From positions 1 through 15,404 of the forward strand of contig JAZRWA010000020.1 in the NCBI GenBank assembly GCA_045599485.1: a stretch of DNA of 15,404 nt. The letters run 5' to 3'. Within the stretch, counting starts at the first letter, position 1. Every line of letters starts with the position of its first letter. Positions 14,653 through 15,404 of the stretch are shown in pieces. The notes under the pieces are model-generated. The model ran no database searches, was not told the origin of the DNA, and saw only the letters and a program-made list of their open reading frames with translations. The stretch comes from Clostridia bacterium (GTDB lineage: Bacteria; Bacillota; Clostridia; Christensenellales; Aristaeellaceae). The position numbers were made by a program, and so were the translations under genes.

Positions 14653-14828
14653 CAGGGGAAACCACGCTTTCCGAGAAAGGGCAGTTTTTTTCCTTTCTGC
14701 ATAACACCATTGCTCTGATGACGGGTTTAGATATCAGGGCAATGGTGCTGTTTTATTTAAATAATGATTGCTTTTTCGCGGAGGGCTTGGGAACCGCCCT
14801 TTTTGGCCGCAAAAAGGGTGGTTCCCAA
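14653..14828. repeat. Composite MITE-like element with an internally deleted left arm
   Basis: Collapsed type-1 arm CAGGGGAAACCACGCTTTCCGAGAAAGGGCAG (14653-14684). CATAACACC plus type-2 hairpin at 14705-14747. Inverted tail TGCTTTTTCGCGGAGGGC at 14769-14786. Hairpin TTGGGAACCGCCCTTTTTGGCCGCAAAAAGGGTGGTTCCCAA at 14787-14828. Confidence 0.75.
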
Positions 14829-14838
14829 CAATCCTTTC

Positions 14839-14867
14839 TTTACACATCGTCCCATCTGTGGTATGGT
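14839..14867 (+). promoter_or_regulatory. Candidate promoter for the 14898 gene
   Basis: TTTACA (14839-14844), 17-nt spacer, TGgTATGGT with -10 at 14862-14867. Confidence 0.45.
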
Positions 14868-14897
14868 AGAAAAAATACCGTAAAGGAGCGTAAAACC

Positions 14898-15404
14898 ATG
14901 AAAAAGCTGATTTCCCTGCTGCTGGCGGCGCTGATGCTGCTTTCCCTGTGCGCTTCCGCTTTTGCGGAGGAGCCCGTGCTGGCCTCCACCAAGTCCCTGA
15001 CCGCGCTGCTGGACAGCCAGAACCTCAACTACACCTGCTACGGTCTGGATGATGACGGCGATGACCACATTTCCATCGGCGTATCCAACGACGATCTGAA
15101 CCTCAAGTACACCATGGAGCTGTTCTTCAGCGATGACCTGGAGGCCGCTTATGTATACGTCTGGTACCTGATCAGCTACAGTGCCGAAAATCAGTCTGCT
15201 GTGACCGCCCTGTGCAACGAGATCAATTCCGCCTTCCGCTATGCCACCTTTGTCGCCGATGACCGTGACAACACCGTGACCGTCAAGAACGCCGCCTTCC
15301 TGCGCAGCGTGGACGATGCCGGCGCCATCGTGTTTGACATGATGACCACCATGGCCAGCGTGATCGATGAAGTGTATCCCTACCTGGCCGAATACGCCAA
15401 CTGA
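14898..15404 (+). CDS. Small secreted hypothetical protein (possibly YbjN-like fold; family call weak)
   Basis: RBS AAAGGAG (14882-14888), then ATG 14898. Signal peptide MKKLISLLLAALMLLSLCASAFA, high GC3 bias, and the gene ends at TGA 15402-15404. The upstream part of track ORF 14649-15404 is repeat DNA. Confidence 0.75.
   Translation: MKKLISLLLAALMLLSLCASAFAEEPVLASTKSLTALLDSQNLNYTCYGLDDDGDDHISIGVSNDDLNLKYTMELFFSDDLEAAYVYVWYLISYSAENQSAVTALCNEINSAFRYATFVADDRDNTVTVKNAAFLRSVDDAGAIVFDMMTTMASVIDEVYPYLAEYAN

Noticed and set aside
2682-14828. Possibility that the repeated hairpins form a CRISPR array.
   Set aside because: The units are long perfect palindromes of differing sequence. They occur in both orientations with irregular spacing, are scattered across separate intergenic regions, and lack unique spacers of uniform size. 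No cas genes are present.

Overview
High-GC (about 60% by eye, not computed) chromosomal segment. Gene content (addA, DUF1385-prmC, glgC-glgD with convergent glgA, hemW) suggests a Clostridia/Oscillospiraceae-like Firmicute; that taxonomic call is inference only. I support 11 protein genes, or 12 counting a small low-GC ORF. They are: the addA 3' end, a DUF1385 protein, prmC, a secreted alpha/beta hydrolase, a zinc-ribbon/TPR-like/FMN-binding lipoprotein, a THUMP RNA methyltransferase, glgC, glgD, glgA, hemW and a small secreted protein. No rRNA, tRNA, CRISPR array or transposase gene was seen. Three things go beyond ordinary annotation. (1) Five secure in-frame TAG codons, plus one possible, interrupt four otherwise intact genes: addA, the small ORF, the lipoprotein gene and hemW (twice). 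Conserved motifs and the same frame continue on both sides of each TAG. There are no internal TGA or TAA codons and no frameshifts. All 12 genuine gene ends use TAA (8) or TGA (4), never TAG. This is the pattern expected if UAG is read as a sense codon or efficiently suppressed, and prfA is not next to prmC, where I recall it usually lies in Clostridia. (2) A 310-bp non-coding cluster holds 7 perfect and 4 one-mismatch DnaA boxes, with no dnaA or dnaN nearby. (3) A family of structured palindromic repeats fills almost every intergenic region, with at least 12 large hairpins plus a second hairpin type. Some are assembled into ~200-bp MITE-like composites with inverted ends. One copy sits 7-52 nt after the stop codon of 6 of 6 transcription-unit ends that carry one, always in the same orientation relative to the gene.
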